Counted from the first letter of the stretch, positions 1 to 9,838 are shown. The stretch: DNA of 40,026 bases from Promethearchaeia archaeon (GCA_029856125.1 JAHQWJ010000049.1:1-40026), one strand, 5' to 3'. Notes: a model not told the origin generated them from the letters alone. Numbers and translations: made by a program.

Positions 1-468
1 AAGAAAGACGGACTTCTTCTATCAAGGACGCCTAAAAAAGTTATAAAAGGAAGAATCCCCCCAAAAATATTTAGAATTAATCCGAAATTTCAAAAAGAAG
101 AAGAAGAAGAGGAGAATTTTTACAAAAAAGTAGTCGTTCATTATCGAAAAGCGGGATATAACGTAAGCAAATTGTTGAGTTATTTAGATCCACTGCTAAA
201 TCTACTTGAAAGCGAGCTAGATGATCCCGAAAGCGCTAAAACTATCTACGACGAATATCTATCCTTTATTCCCGCACCTGTTGTTTTCTACCTTGATAAA
301 AAAAGGGCTGAAGCGCTAATGGACATACATGCTGAATATATTTTAAAATTGCAGAACTTGGCAATGGGAGAAGATTTAAATACTGAGGAGGCTTTTGTAT
401 ATTTTGACATCTCTTTACCTCTGGCTGCTCTCTTCGAGCTAAAAAAAAAAATAAAATTAAAGAAGTAA
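1..468 (+). CDS. 5'-partial protein, probable winged-helix transcriptional regulator
   Basis: The frame of ORF 172..468 is open back to base 1 (KKDGLLLSRTPKKVIKGRIPPKIFRINP...). This resembles the helix/wing end of an ArsR-like wHTH. Confidence 0.5.
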   Translation, partial: KKDGLLLSRTPKKVIKGRIPPKIFRINPKFQKEEEEEENFYKKVVVHYRKAGYNVSKLLSYLDPLLNLLESELDDPESAKTIYDEYLSFIPAPVVFYLDKKRAEALMDIHAEYILKLQNLAMGEDLNTEEAFVYFDISLPLAALFELKKKIKLKK

Positions 469-517
469 TCCAGAGGTGTCTTTATTTAGTGAAATTTAAA
501 AGAATATTACTTAATAA

Positions 518-1954
518 TTGAGGTTAGAGTTTCACATGATGCCGATTATCTATAACCAAAAATTAAAACAGGCAGAAAAAATCAAAAATAATTGGAAACT
601 CAAAGAAGCCCTCAATAATTTGAATGATTTTGACGAAGAAAAAGTTTTAACTACTCATGAACGATTTCAATTTTATTTTTTAAAAAGTTCTATTCTAAAT
701 GATCTTTTCTCATCAAAAGAAGCTCTCAATTACGCTGAACTCGCGTATAAAGAAAGTAAAGATTTGAAATCAGATTATGAAATCATTAATTCTCTCATGT
801 TAATGAGTCAAATTTTTGGGGGTACGCTTGAACCAAGTAAATCTGTACAAGTGATTAATGAGGCTGAAGAAATACTTGCAAGGAACAATCAAAAATCATC
901 ACAAGAATTCAAAATGATGAAAGGATATGTGTTATTACATAAAGGCTGTTGCTGTTTTGGTTTGGGTGAACTTAACCTTTGTCTAATGTTTCTTGGCGAA
1001 GCTTCTCAACTTGCCAGGGACATAGATGATAAAAAGCTAATTTTGCAAACTACTAAATGGTTAGGTTTCACGTATGGTGTTAAAGGTGAGAGTGATCTTG
1101 CATTAGAATATCAAAAACGATATTTAGCGCTAGCAATCGATTTAAACGATAAACAAGAAATTATTGGAGCTCATAACACTTTGGGTATGTTACATACTCA
1201 AAAGGATGAATTTAAGCGAGCAATAAAACATTTGGAAAAGGGATTATCAATATGTTATGAAATCAACAGTTGGAAGACTTTTATTATAAGTACTTCTCTT
1301 TTTGAAGCTTATTTAAAGTCAGATTCTCTTGAAAAAGCTCAGCAATGTCACGATCGAATGGGGTTACTTGTTAAACGAGGAACTTTTAAATTTAACGAGT
1401 TAGCTTATCGTCTTCAAGAAGCAGCATTATTAAAAATAAGCCCTTATAAAACTTCTCATACAAAAGCAGAAATGATCTTCAAGGAAGTTGCTGATAGAGA
1501 AACTACATTTGTTGAGTTTAAATTTTTTGCTTTAGTAAATTTATGCGATCTTTATCTTACTAGATTAAAGGAAACTGGCAATTTAAGAGAATTAGATAAT
1601 ACCCAACCTTACATTGACAAAATACGGTCTATTGCCGAAAATGAAGGAGTAAATTCGCTTCTTGTTGAAATGAACTTGTTGCAGGCTAAATTAAGATTAG
1701 TAATATTTGAATTTAAGGAAGCTCAATCGTTATTAGCTCAGGCTTTGAAAATTGCTAATATACATGGTTTAAATTTGCTAGCTAGACGAATCGAAAATGA
1801 GCAAGCTGAATTATCAAAAAATTTTCTCAAATGGGAAAAATTAAGAATGTCAGGGGGAAAAATATCAGAACGAATGGATTTGGCTCGTGTAGATGAACAA
1901 ATTCAAATATTACTTCAGAAGCGTAATTATTTGAAGAGTATTAATACTAGCTGA
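518..1954 (+). CDS. TPR-repeat protein (likely start ATG at 536)
   Basis: Helical TPR-like repeats (LGFTYGVKGESDLALEYQKRYLALA; AHNTLGMLHTQKDEFKRAIKHLEKGLSI). Confidence 0.8.
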   Translation: MRLEFHMMPIIYNQKLKQAEKIKNNWKLKEALNNLNDFDEEKVLTTHERFQFYFLKSSILNDLFSSKEALNYAELAYKESKDLKSDYEIINSLMLMSQIFGGTLEPSKSVQVINEAEEILARNNQKSSQEFKMMKGYVLLHKGCCCFGLGELNLCLMFLGEASQLARDIDDKKLILQTTKWLGFTYGVKGESDLALEYQKRYLALAIDLNDKQEIIGAHNTLGMLHTQKDEFKRAIKHLEKGLSICYEINSWKTFIISTSLFEAYLKSDSLEKAQQCHDRMGLLVKRGTFKFNELAYRLQEAALLKISPYKTSHTKAEMIFKEVADRETTFVEFKFFALVNLCDLYLTRLKETGNLRELDNTQPYIDKIRSIAENEGVNSLLVEMNLLQAKLRLVIFEFKEAQSLLAQALKIANIHGLNLLARRIENEQAELSKNFLKWEKLRMSGGKISERMDLARVDEQIQILLQKRNYLKSINTS

Positions 1955-1990
1955 TTTATGTGAATTTTTCTTTTTAAATTACTACGCAAA

Positions 1991-2010
1991 TATTATTCCA
2001 CGATCATAAA
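1991..2010 (+). repeat. 20-bp imperfect direct repeat, copy 1 (TATTATTCCACGATCATAAA)
   Basis: 18/20 identical to 3049-3068. The two copies flank the MBL gene. Confidence 0.6.
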
Positions 2011-2038
2011 ATTGAAAGGTAAATAAAAATAGGCGCTT

Positions 2039-2974
2039 TTATTTACTATAAATTTGATTACTAAAGAATTTCTCAATATAACTTTTAACAAATTCGAATT
2101 TTGGTGGATTGTGTCTTTTGATCTTTTTAAGTAGCTCTTTAGCTTTGAGATTGTCTGGATTAATTTCTATAAGATAATTACAGAAATCTAACGCATTGTC
2201 GTATAATCCTAATTCATATTCCAGTAGTGTTAAATTATACAAAACTTCTATGTTATGAGGGTCTTCTTCTAAAACAATGTGAACATATTCATTCATCATC
2301 ATACACGCTTGGATAAATTCCATTACTTTTTCCGCAGGTTTTATGACATTTAAATGGCCTTCACAGAGAATATCAATATCAAATTCAAGAATTTTCTCCA
2401 TAGATTTAATATAATTAACTAAATTACCGCCACTAAGTTTTAAAGCAGATCCACAAATATCTCCTCCAAAGATAATTTTTTGATTTTCAGTTTCAAGATA
2501 ATAGGCTATTGATCCAAGCGTATGTCCTGGAATACTAATGCATTTAATTTCGTAATCCCCCAGCCTTAAATTTTCACCATCCTTTTGAATTTTTATTGTT
2601 ATTTTAATGGGTCTGTATTCAAATCCCTTATAATAATTCTCAATATAACTGTCATAAGATGTTTGCTCTACTTTTTCAGCATCTAATTCGTGAATATAAT
2701 AGCTGATATTGTTATTAATTTTCTTGAGTTCATGACAAACACCGAAATGATCTAGATGCCCATGTGTTATTAAACAATGTCTAATATTTTTAGGATTATA
2801 GCCGTATTCCTTAATATTTATAATTGGTTCAATATATAAACCTGGATCTATTAAGATCAATCCGTCGTTAGTTTTAGTATCAATTAAATAAACTGAACAG
2901 TCAAGATGTCCAAGAGAATAGGGTTTAACATTATAAACATCGCCAATTATCCTTTTCATTAGTAATATCACCAA
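2039..2974 (-). CDS. Metallo-beta-lactamase-fold hydrolase with a C-terminal TPR
   Basis: THGHLDH (HxHxDH), PGHT, GD and EGH motifs. The C-terminal LYNLTLLEYELGLYDNALDFCNYLIEINPDN is TPR-like. Confidence 0.85.
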   Translation of the reverse strand: MVILLMKRIIGDVYNVKPYSLGHLDCSVYLIDTKTNDGLILIDPGLYIEPIINIKEYGYNPKNIRHCLITHGHLDHFGVCHELKKINNNISYYIHELDAEKVEQTSYDSYIENYYKGFEYRPIKITIKIQKDGENLRLGDYEIKCISIPGHTLGSIAYYLETENQKIIFGGDICGSALKLSGGNLVNYIKSMEKILEFDIDILCEGHLNVIKPAEKVMEFIQACMMMNEYVHIVLEEDPHNIEVLYNLTLLEYELGLYDNALDFCNYLIEINPDNLKAKELLKKIKRHNPPKFEFVKSYIEKFFSNQIYSK

Positions 2975-3048
2975 TTATTATAAGGTTAAATTTCTTTATA
3001 TTTTATTTGATGTAAAAATGAACTCTGGATTCTTTTCATTAAGATATA

Positions 3049-3068
3049 TATTGTTTCACGATCATAAA
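3049..3068 (+). repeat. 20-bp imperfect direct repeat, copy 2 (TATTGTTTCACGATCATAAA)
   Basis: 18/20 identical to 1991-2010. Confidence 0.6.
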
Positions 3069-3144
3069 TGTCGGAATTTCTCTCTTTTTTCCTAAAAATC
3101 AACACCCCCTCTTTAATTTATAGCGTAAAAGATTATTTAGATTT

Positions 3145-3906
3145 ATGCTTGAAGCTCGAGTAGACAATTCTTCTGTTGAAAAAAAATTAACCGAAACAGC
3201 ATATCGCTCCCATAACTTTAATGTCATACCTCCGGTTATCGGTATTATTATCTCAGATCAGTATGGGAACACTATTACGGTCTTTGAATATGATTCAAAT
3301 GACGATGATGATTATGGTCCCATTAGGTCTTATCTATCAAAGGATCATAATAATTTATTAGAAATTGACTTAGTTTCAATGTATTTAAGCTCATTTAAAA
3401 TCTTTGCAGGGCAAGCTAACATAAAGAACCTCTCTCACCTCGAAATTTATGGTTCTAATATTAAAGCTCAAATATACTTTTTACTTGAGAAATTTATGGT
3501 AATCATGTTTCTTAATTCTAGTACGGAATTAAATTCAAAACAGAGGGCTCAAGTTATCAAATATTGCGAAGATAAGCTAATTAAATATGAATTTGAATTT
3601 GGAAATTTTAATGATACAAGTTCTAGAGAACTACTGTCTTTATTGGAACAAAAAGGTAAACGATGGCTAAAAAAATTCAATATTCGATATATCCAGACTT
3701 ACAAGAATATTTACTTAAGGAAACACGAAACTACTGAGGAATTAATGAATCAATTAGGGTTGGTAATTCAAAGCGAGATAGACGAATACCTAAACTATGT
3801 TCCAGACGATATAATTAATAATTTTTCTAAGGAATTAAAGAATAAAATTCAAGATAAACTCTTTGAAATAAATCTAAATGTGCCAGAAAACTTTAAAAAA
3901 GAGTAA
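3145..3906 (+). CDS. Hypothetical protein with a longin/roadblock-like N-terminal domain
   Basis: Pattern of VIGIIISDQYGNTITVFEY, helix DLVSMYLSSFKIFA, then three strands and a helix fits a longin-like alpha/beta fold. Helical C-terminus. Confidence 0.5.
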   Translation: MLEARVDNSSVEKKLTETAYRSHNFNVIPPVIGIIISDQYGNTITVFEYDSNDDDDYGPIRSYLSKDHNNLLEIDLVSMYLSSFKIFAGQANIKNLSHLEIYGSNIKAQIYFLLEKFMVIMFLNSSTELNSKQRAQVIKYCEDKLIKYEFEFGNFNDTSSRELLSLLEQKGKRWLKKFNIRYIQTYKNIYLRKHETTEELMNQLGLVIQSEIDEYLNYVPDDIINNFSKELKNKIQDKLFEINLNVPENFKKE

Positions 3907-3982
3907 AAATAGAAATTATGATCATTTGCGATGATTCTTTACGATTAACTCCAGCGAAACAAATTTAAATAAAAAAAAGGAA

Positions 3983-4822
3983 TTACTCTTTAAGTTTGAA
4001 TAATATAATAGTCGCCAAAGCTCTAAGTATATCTTGAAATCTTTCATCCCCAATTGTTTCTATTTGGCCATAACTCGCTCCCATTTCGCTTGCCAGAGAT
4101 AGTATTTCATCATAAGGGATTAAAAGTTTGTTTCCTATGCCTATAAGTGATAAAGGCAAAGATATTTCTTTTTTAAACTTTCTTCTGACTCTAAATTTTA
4201 AATCTGTACTTTCCCTAAGTTCGATAACGTATTTCTTAATCATTTCAAAAGAATCCCTATCCTCAGTGTTAAACACTAAAAGAACTCCTGCCACCCCTTT
4301 ATAAAATTGGGGTCTTATAGATGCGAATCGTTCCTTTTTAGAAATATCCCAGATAGCAAGGCTAGTCAAGGATTTATCATAATTTTCGGTTAATTTTGTG
4401 TAAAATGAAACACCAATTATATCCCTTTCTGGGCCTGTTCCATGCTTATTAAGAATACTTGGGAGGTAGTCAGATTGTTCTTCTGTTAACCCCAGAATTA
4501 TTATCTTTAATTGATGATCATACTTTCTCCCCCATTCTCTAAAACTGGTTAAAAACTTTTCATATCTATAGATTTTTTTCCGTAAATCGTATAATTGGCT
4601 TCGTTCTTTGGTTGAAAGTGGAGTGACCCCAATAATTCGGCGCATAACTGCCTCTACTTGCCCTGGGCTAATCGTTTTTTCATATTTCTCACTTATTTGA
4701 AACGAAACTTCTTTTATATTTAACTCTTTAGATATATTTTCTGTAGGAAATTCAATTTTCTTCAAAAACTTCTTTAAATCATCTATTTGTTTATCTTTAA
4801 GAAAAATATTTTTAGAATTCAT
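3983..4822 (-). CDS. Rab-like small GTPase-fold protein with degenerate nucleotide-binding motifs and an N-terminal extension
   Basis: IIGVSFYTK, LAIWDISKKERFASIRPQFYKGVAGVLLVFN and SFE match Rab-family motifs. There is no GxxxxGK[ST]. Confidence 0.8.
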   Translation of the reverse strand: MNSKNIFLKDKQIDDLKKFLKKIEFPTENISKELNIKEVSFQISEKYEKTISPGQVEAVMRRIIGVTPLSTKERSQLYDLRKKIYRYEKFLTSFREWGRKYDHQLKIIILGLTEEQSDYLPSILNKHGTGPERDIIGVSFYTKLTENYDKSLTSLAIWDISKKERFASIRPQFYKGVAGVLLVFNTEDRDSFEMIKKYVIELRESTDLKFRVRRKFKKEISLPLSLIGIGNKLLIPYDEILSLASEMGASYGQIETIGDERFQDILRALATIILFKLKE

Positions 4823-4865
4823 ATTAGCACACTTCTTTTTTTTAAAATTATCGATATGTTTTAGA

Positions 4866-4877
4866 ATGGACGTCCAT
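4866..4877. promoter_or_regulatory. Perfect 12-bp palindrome ATGGACGTCCAT, possible operator
   Basis: Lies in a divergent intergenic region. The half-site AATGGAC is repeated at 4884-4890. Confidence 0.4.
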
Positions 4878-5014
4878 AATCACAATGGACATTTGAATAT
4901 TTAAATCTTTGTATAAAATTTTATTTAACATAGAATCAGAAAAAAGGAAGTTTTTTTAAATTTTCAAGACACAATTTAAAGATAAGTAAAAAAAATAATT
5001 TTTAAATGAGATAA

Positions 5015-5893
5015 ATGGGACTTGGATCAATAAAGGTAAATGGTAAGAAATTTAATGTAAGAGAAGAACTTGGTCATTTTAGATTATCCATAAATTATAT
5101 GGATATAGTGGATATTTCAGAGCTAAAGGGGTTTAATAAGTTAAAAAATCTTACAGCTTTAGATATTTCAAATAATAAAATTACTAAGTTAGATGGTTTG
5201 GATGAATTAACTAATCTTCAACAGCTTTTTCTTAGCAATAATGAGATCGAAGCTTTTGAAGGTCTCGAATCTTTAGTTAATCTTGATCGCATATTCCTCA
5301 GTGGAAACAAAATTACTGAGTTGAAGGGGCTCGATACTCTAACGAACCTTCAATGGTTAGAAATAAACGAAAATCAGATTAATGAGCTAAAAGGACTAGA
5401 ATCTTTAACCAATCTTATTAAGTTGTCACTTGTTGGAAACCAAATAAAAGAAATAAAGAATTTAGAAAAATTAGCTAATCTTGTAGTTCTGGATCTCAAT
5501 CGTAACCAACTAACAGAAATCAAGAATTTGAACAGTTTAACGAATCTCGAGCGTTTGTTTCTTGCTTACAACCAAATAACGGAAATTAAAGGTTTGGAAA
5601 CTTTGACTAATCTTACTGTTTTATATCTTAACAGTAATAAAATAGCAGAGATCAAAAATTTGGAATCGTTGATAAATCTAGAAACCTTGTATCTTGATAC
5701 AAATCAGCTTACGAGTTTAGAGAATTTAGAAAGCTTGGAAAAACTTGAAAAACTAAAACTTTTATATCTTAATTTCAATCCAATAGAAGGAGAAGAAAAA
5801 CAATTTGCGACAGATGTCCAGGACTTTGAAGGAGTCAAGGTAAAAGAATTTTTAGCGTCTTACAAGAAGTGGAAACAAGCAAATGGAAAATAG
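5015..5893 (+). CDS. Leucine-rich repeat protein (SDS22/internalin-like 22-aa repeats)
   Basis: About 10 repeats of LxxLxLxxNxIxxIxGLExLxN. Confidence 0.95.
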   Translation: MGLGSIKVNGKKFNVREELGHFRLSINYMDIVDISELKGFNKLKNLTALDISNNKITKLDGLDELTNLQQLFLSNNEIEAFEGLESLVNLDRIFLSGNKITELKGLDTLTNLQWLEINENQINELKGLESLTNLIKLSLVGNQIKEIKNLEKLANLVVLDLNRNQLTEIKNLNSLTNLERLFLAYNQITEIKGLETLTNLTVLYLNSNKIAEIKNLESLINLETLYLDTNQLTSLENLESLEKLEKLKLLYLNFNPIEGEEKQFATDVQDFEGVKVKEFLASYKKWKQANGK

Positions 5894-6086
5894 CACGCTT
5901 GTAAAGATAAAAAGGATATATATTTAATTTTTCCGATATTTTTTCTTCACTTTCAATAAAGATTTAAATAGATTAAAGCCTAAATCGTTATTCCTCTAAG
6001 AAATAAAACTAATTCACTTTGAAATAAAAAAGTTAATATGAGTAAAGTGTTTAAAATTAATTTAAAACTGAACGGTTCAAATTATT

Positions 6087-6464
6087 ATGTATCAAATTGA
6101 AAAAATTAGCGATACCTGTTTTTTAATAAAGGCAACAGGTACCTTTCCTCCGCCAGTTGCAGAAAGATTTATAAAAGAATTTAAGGAATTAACTAAAGAT
6201 GTCAGCGAAAATTTGAGCATAATCGTCGACATTACCGATGCTATTCTTTTAAGCATAAATTCAATTGATATAATCTTAGAACTCTTAAAGAGAAATAATG
6301 AAAGACTTTTTAGATCTGCTTTCATAATTGAAAAAAATCCTGTTTTAAACGAAGAATTTAGATATCTCTTAGATCATGCTCAATCCCCTAAAAGAAAAAT
6401 TGTATCTAACCTCGAGGAAGCTAAAGAATGGATTGGTATTGACAAAGTCGTGGTTAAAAAGTAG
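6087..6464 (+). CDS. STAS/SpoIIAA-like (STAS/SEC14) small protein
   Basis: IIVDITDA strand and C-terminal IVSNLEEAKEWI, typical of SpoIIAA-like proteins. Confidence 0.6.
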   Translation: MYQIEKISDTCFLIKATGTFPPPVAERFIKEFKELTKDVSENLSIIVDITDAILLSINSIDIILELLKRNNERLFRSAFIIEKNPVLNEEFRYLLDHAQSPKRKIVSNLEEAKEWIGIDKVVVKK

Positions 6465-6496
6465 ATTTGAAAATTTTTTTTATTTTGGATTTTTTA

Positions 6497-7294
6497 TTAA
6501 AAGTTTAACCTATTTTTACACAATTCAGCGGCTTTTGGATTATTATCCACACCAATCCATTTTCGAGCTAACTTTTTAGCAGCTGATAGTGTCGTTCCAG
6601 AACCACAAAAGAAATCAGCAATAAGATCTCCTTCGTTGGAGGAGGATAAAATTATTCTTCTCAAGAGTTTTTCCGGTTTTTGTGTAGGATAACCGAGATA
6701 TTCTTTAGATCTTGTAGTTGTCTGAAATGAAAAAATATCGTTCCAAACATCACCAACTAATGTTCCCGGGCTTTCGTCTAAGTATTGCTTACCCCCTCTT
6801 CGTTTCCGATAGATGCGTCCTTTCTCATCTTTGTGTCTAAACATTTTTTTAATATAATCCTCTCTATACGGCAAGTATTGTTTGTTAAATGTGAATGAGT
6901 CAGATTTCGTGTAGTATAGTATCGTGTCGTGCTGACGTACCCATCCTTTTATTTGGCTTTTGAACCCTGAAACACTTCCTACATTCCAAATTATCTCTCT
7001 TCGAAAATTTTTGTTCCCATAAATCTTATCGCATATCGGTTTTAAGTCAAAAACCGCGTTTGCATCGCAATGTAAATAAAAACTACCAGTTTCCTTAAGA
7101 ATTCGATGCATTTCCTTAATCCGAGAAAACATAAAATCTAAATATTCATCAATCGAACCCCATTTATCAGAAAACTCTTTATAATCGACCCCACTATAAA
7201 AGGGTGGATCAATATAAATAAGATCGATAAAATCTGTATTCATTTTTTGCATAAAGTCTAAATTTTCAGCGAAATAGACTGTATCTAACTTCAT
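6497..7294 (-). CDS. Site-specific DNA methyltransferase (N6-A/N4-C, beta-type motif order)
   Basis: DLIYIDPPF near the N-terminus, YPTQKPEKLL, and DFFCGSGTT near the C-terminus. Confidence 0.93.
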   Translation of the reverse strand: MKLDTVYFAENLDFMQKMNTDFIDLIYIDPPFYSGVDYKEFSDKWGSIDEYLDFMFSRIKEMHRILKETGSFYLHCDANAVFDLKPICDKIYGNKNFRREIIWNVGSVSGFKSQIKGWVRQHDTILYYTKSDSFTFNKQYLPYREDYIKKMFRHKDEKGRIYRKRRGGKQYLDESPGTLVGDVWNDIFSFQTTTRSKEYLGYPTQKPEKLLRRIILSSSNEGDLIADFFCGSGTTLSAAKKLARKWIGVDNNPKAAELCKNRLNF

Positions 7295-7332
7295 GTGAAA
7301 ATTAAATATGAACTAGTATTATTACAATTACT

Positions 7333-7716
7333 ATGGAGAAAGAAAGGTTAAATAAGAATTTCTTGGACGAATTCCGTGATTATGATTTTTCGAAAATTAA
7401 GGAAACTAAAATCTTTTTAGTTGGTTCAATTCGATTTAAAGATTACTTCATCAAAATCGAATCGATTTTACAAATTCGATATAAAAAACTTGTATCAGTC
7501 TGCTCTGTTGATGGGTTACTAAACAAAAAGAAATTTAACAATAATGAATGGGATAAATTACAAGAAATTGCTATAAGAAAGTTAATCGGTCAAGAGGCAA
7601 TACTAGTTTTAGATGTTGAGAACTATATCGGTGAACAATCAAGAGAAGAAATCGATTATTTTAGTAAGACTCTTAAAAAACCGGTGTATTATCTAACAGA
7701 TCTTAAAGAACCTTGA
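7333..7716 (+). CDS. Nucleoside 2-deoxyribosyltransferase-like fold protein
   Basis: IFLVGSIRF ... AILVLDVENYIGEQSREEIDY ... KKPVYY pattern. Confidence 0.55.
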   Translation: MEKERLNKNFLDEFRDYDFSKIKETKIFLVGSIRFKDYFIKIESILQIRYKKLVSVCSVDGLLNKKKFNNNEWDKLQEIAIRKLIGQEAILVLDVENYIGEQSREEIDYFSKTLKKPVYYLTDLKEP

Positions 7717-7878
7717 ATGAAACTTTTCTTCTTTGGAAGATATTCACAAACCAGCGTAAATTATACTTATAAATCAATAATTTTGTAAACTCGTGTTTTA
7801 TTAATGTTTGGAATAGAATCTAAACATAATCAATTCGATTTGAAAATGTAACGATAAAATAAACGGGGTATAACCAAA

Positions 7879-8859
7879 ATGGAATTGTTCCAAGTATTTT
7901 GGGACGATCAAAAGAATCTTTTCTTAGAATTTGACAAGAACGATGAAGAGCAAGTTCTTTTTCTTCCTGAGACAATTATTCGCGTGAATTTTCAATTTGA
8001 AATGTCCAAGATTGTTAATCACGAAATTTATTATAAACAATCCCCAACTCTAATTTCAATAAAAAAGTATTACCACGCAACGAATCGGTTAGGATTTTCA
8101 ATAGAATTAGATGAGATTCAAGGTTTTTCGGACATCCAGATCAAGATTTTAAGACTAACTTTTTTCTTAAACTCCGGTCATAAAGTTGAGTATACTTTTT
8201 CGGAAAAATTTAACATGTCCGATATTTGGGTTAACGACGACTGTTATGACGGTTTTGAATACATAGATTTGCGTGGAAGCAGAAATCATAGAACAAAGGT
8301 AACTCAAGAAAGAGTAATACACGCAGTAAAAACAAATTCAAATCAAAATACTGAGGAGAGAACGACAATCTACGAGAAAAAAAGTATTGAAAACATCTCA
8401 GTTGACAATTCCTTACTTTCGATGATTGGCGAAAATAATAAAACCCTAAAAAGTATAGAACAACATTTAAAAAATCTTTCATTAACATTACAAAATTTAC
8501 CCTTTAATCCTATCCTTTCTGGACCACCCGTAAGAACACCTCAAAGGATCCCTGGGCCTGGTATCGAAAGGATAAGAAGAACCGATAGCCCCTCTCTTAT
8601 TCATAGTAGAGGTTCTTCAGCAAAAGTACTAGTAATAAAAGAAATGAAGGCTAAATTCAAGGAGACAACTGATAAAAACAATGGTTTTAGCATTAAAGAT
8701 TTTTTAGAACCAATGGGAGAAGCCGAGCTTAAAACTATCATATTGGATGACGAGAAGCTAATGGAGCTGGAAGAGAAAGCAATTCAAAACCAAATTAAAA
8801 GGTTTGAACAACAACAAGAACAAGAAATTAAACTATTAGAACTTAAGGCACCTAAATAA
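7879..8859 (+). CDS. Hypothetical protein (beta-rich N-terminus, coiled coil, Pro-rich linker, helical C-terminus)
   Basis: 326-aa ORF with a GGGG SD-like element upstream. No family recognised. Confidence 0.75.
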   Translation: MELFQVFWDDQKNLFLEFDKNDEEQVLFLPETIIRVNFQFEMSKIVNHEIYYKQSPTLISIKKYYHATNRLGFSIELDEIQGFSDIQIKILRLTFFLNSGHKVEYTFSEKFNMSDIWVNDDCYDGFEYIDLRGSRNHRTKVTQERVIHAVKTNSNQNTEERTTIYEKKSIENISVDNSLLSMIGENNKTLKSIEQHLKNLSLTLQNLPFNPILSGPPVRTPQRIPGPGIERIRRTDSPSLIHSRGSSAKVLVIKEMKAKFKETTDKNNGFSIKDFLEPMGEAELKTIILDDEKLMELEEKAIQNQIKRFEQQQEQEIKLLELKAPK

Positions 8860-9011
8860 ATTAATACCACTATTCACTTCTGTTAGAGCTAAGTATCCTT
8901 AAAATTTCAAATATCTGAGTTTTTGCGAGTTTCATTATAAATCTTTAATTAATTTCAATAATTAAGTTAAAATGGAGATATAAAACTCAAAGGTGAAATA
9001 AAAAAATTCTA

Positions 9012-9782
9012 TTGAACTATTTTATTGGTACAGCTGGTAGTGGGAAAAGTTCCCTTACGGGATTGTTACGGGATTATATAGCTAAAAGAGACCCAGAAAT
9101 CTCAGCAATTACGCTAAATCTTGATCCTGGTGTGAAAACTATGCCTTATACTCCTGATATAGACATCAGAGATTTTATAGTTCTAGAAGAAGTGATGGCA
9201 AAGTACGAATTAGGGCCGAATGGTGCTATGATTTTAGCATCTGATTTGATGGTTAACTTTTTAGACGATTTGAAATATGAAATCGATGAATACAATCCCG
9301 ATTGGGTATTAGTAGACACTGCAGGACAACTTGAACTATTTGCATTTAGAGAGACGGGGCCTTTAATAGCAAGTTCGTTAGGCTTTGGCTCAATTCAAAG
9401 GGCTGTTTCTTTCCTATTTGATTCAAATCTTGTAATGAGACCAAATGGCTTCATATCCACATTGCTTTTAGCTGCCTCGGTACAATTTAGGTTTAGAAAT
9501 ATACCACAAATTAATGTATTATCTAAAGTAGACTTATTAAGCGAAGAACAAATTGAAATGATAATTAATTGGAGCCAAGACTTTAGAGCGTTAGATGATT
9601 CCACAAACGAAAGAGAAAGTGGATTAATAAGAGAGTTATCCATGCTACTATCAGAAGTGTTCAGTCAATTAGGGTCCACATCTGAGTTAATTTCCTGTTC
9701 CATTAAAGAAGAACAAGGTTTAGATTACTTATTTGGTTATCTACAGAGAATATTCGATTCAGATAAGTCATCATTTTATTGA
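9012..9782 (+). CDS. GPN-loop GTPase (ATP_bind_1 family)
   Basis: GTAGSGKS P-loop, NLDPG, LGPNGA, DTAGQLELF, SKVD. Confidence 0.95.
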   Translation: MNYFIGTAGSGKSSLTGLLRDYIAKRDPEISAITLNLDPGVKTMPYTPDIDIRDFIVLEEVMAKYELGPNGAMILASDLMVNFLDDLKYEIDEYNPDWVLVDTAGQLELFAFRETGPLIASSLGFGSIQRAVSFLFDSNLVMRPNGFISTLLLAASVQFRFRNIPQINVLSKVDLLSEEQIEMIINWSQDFRALDDSTNERESGLIRELSMLLSEVFSQLGSTSELISCSIKEEQGLDYLFGYLQRIFDSDKSSFY

Positions 9783-9838
9783 ATTGCTTAATTTAATTAT
9801 CTAAAAAAAAATTATAGAATCTTGAAGGGAGTTAAAAT

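Noticed and set aside
5015-5893. 66-nt periodicity resembling a DNA repeat array or CRISPR
   Set aside because: Explained by LRR coding repeats. There are no identical repeats with unique spacers.
6497-7294. Complete restriction-modification system
   Set aside because: No cognate endonuclease is identifiable.
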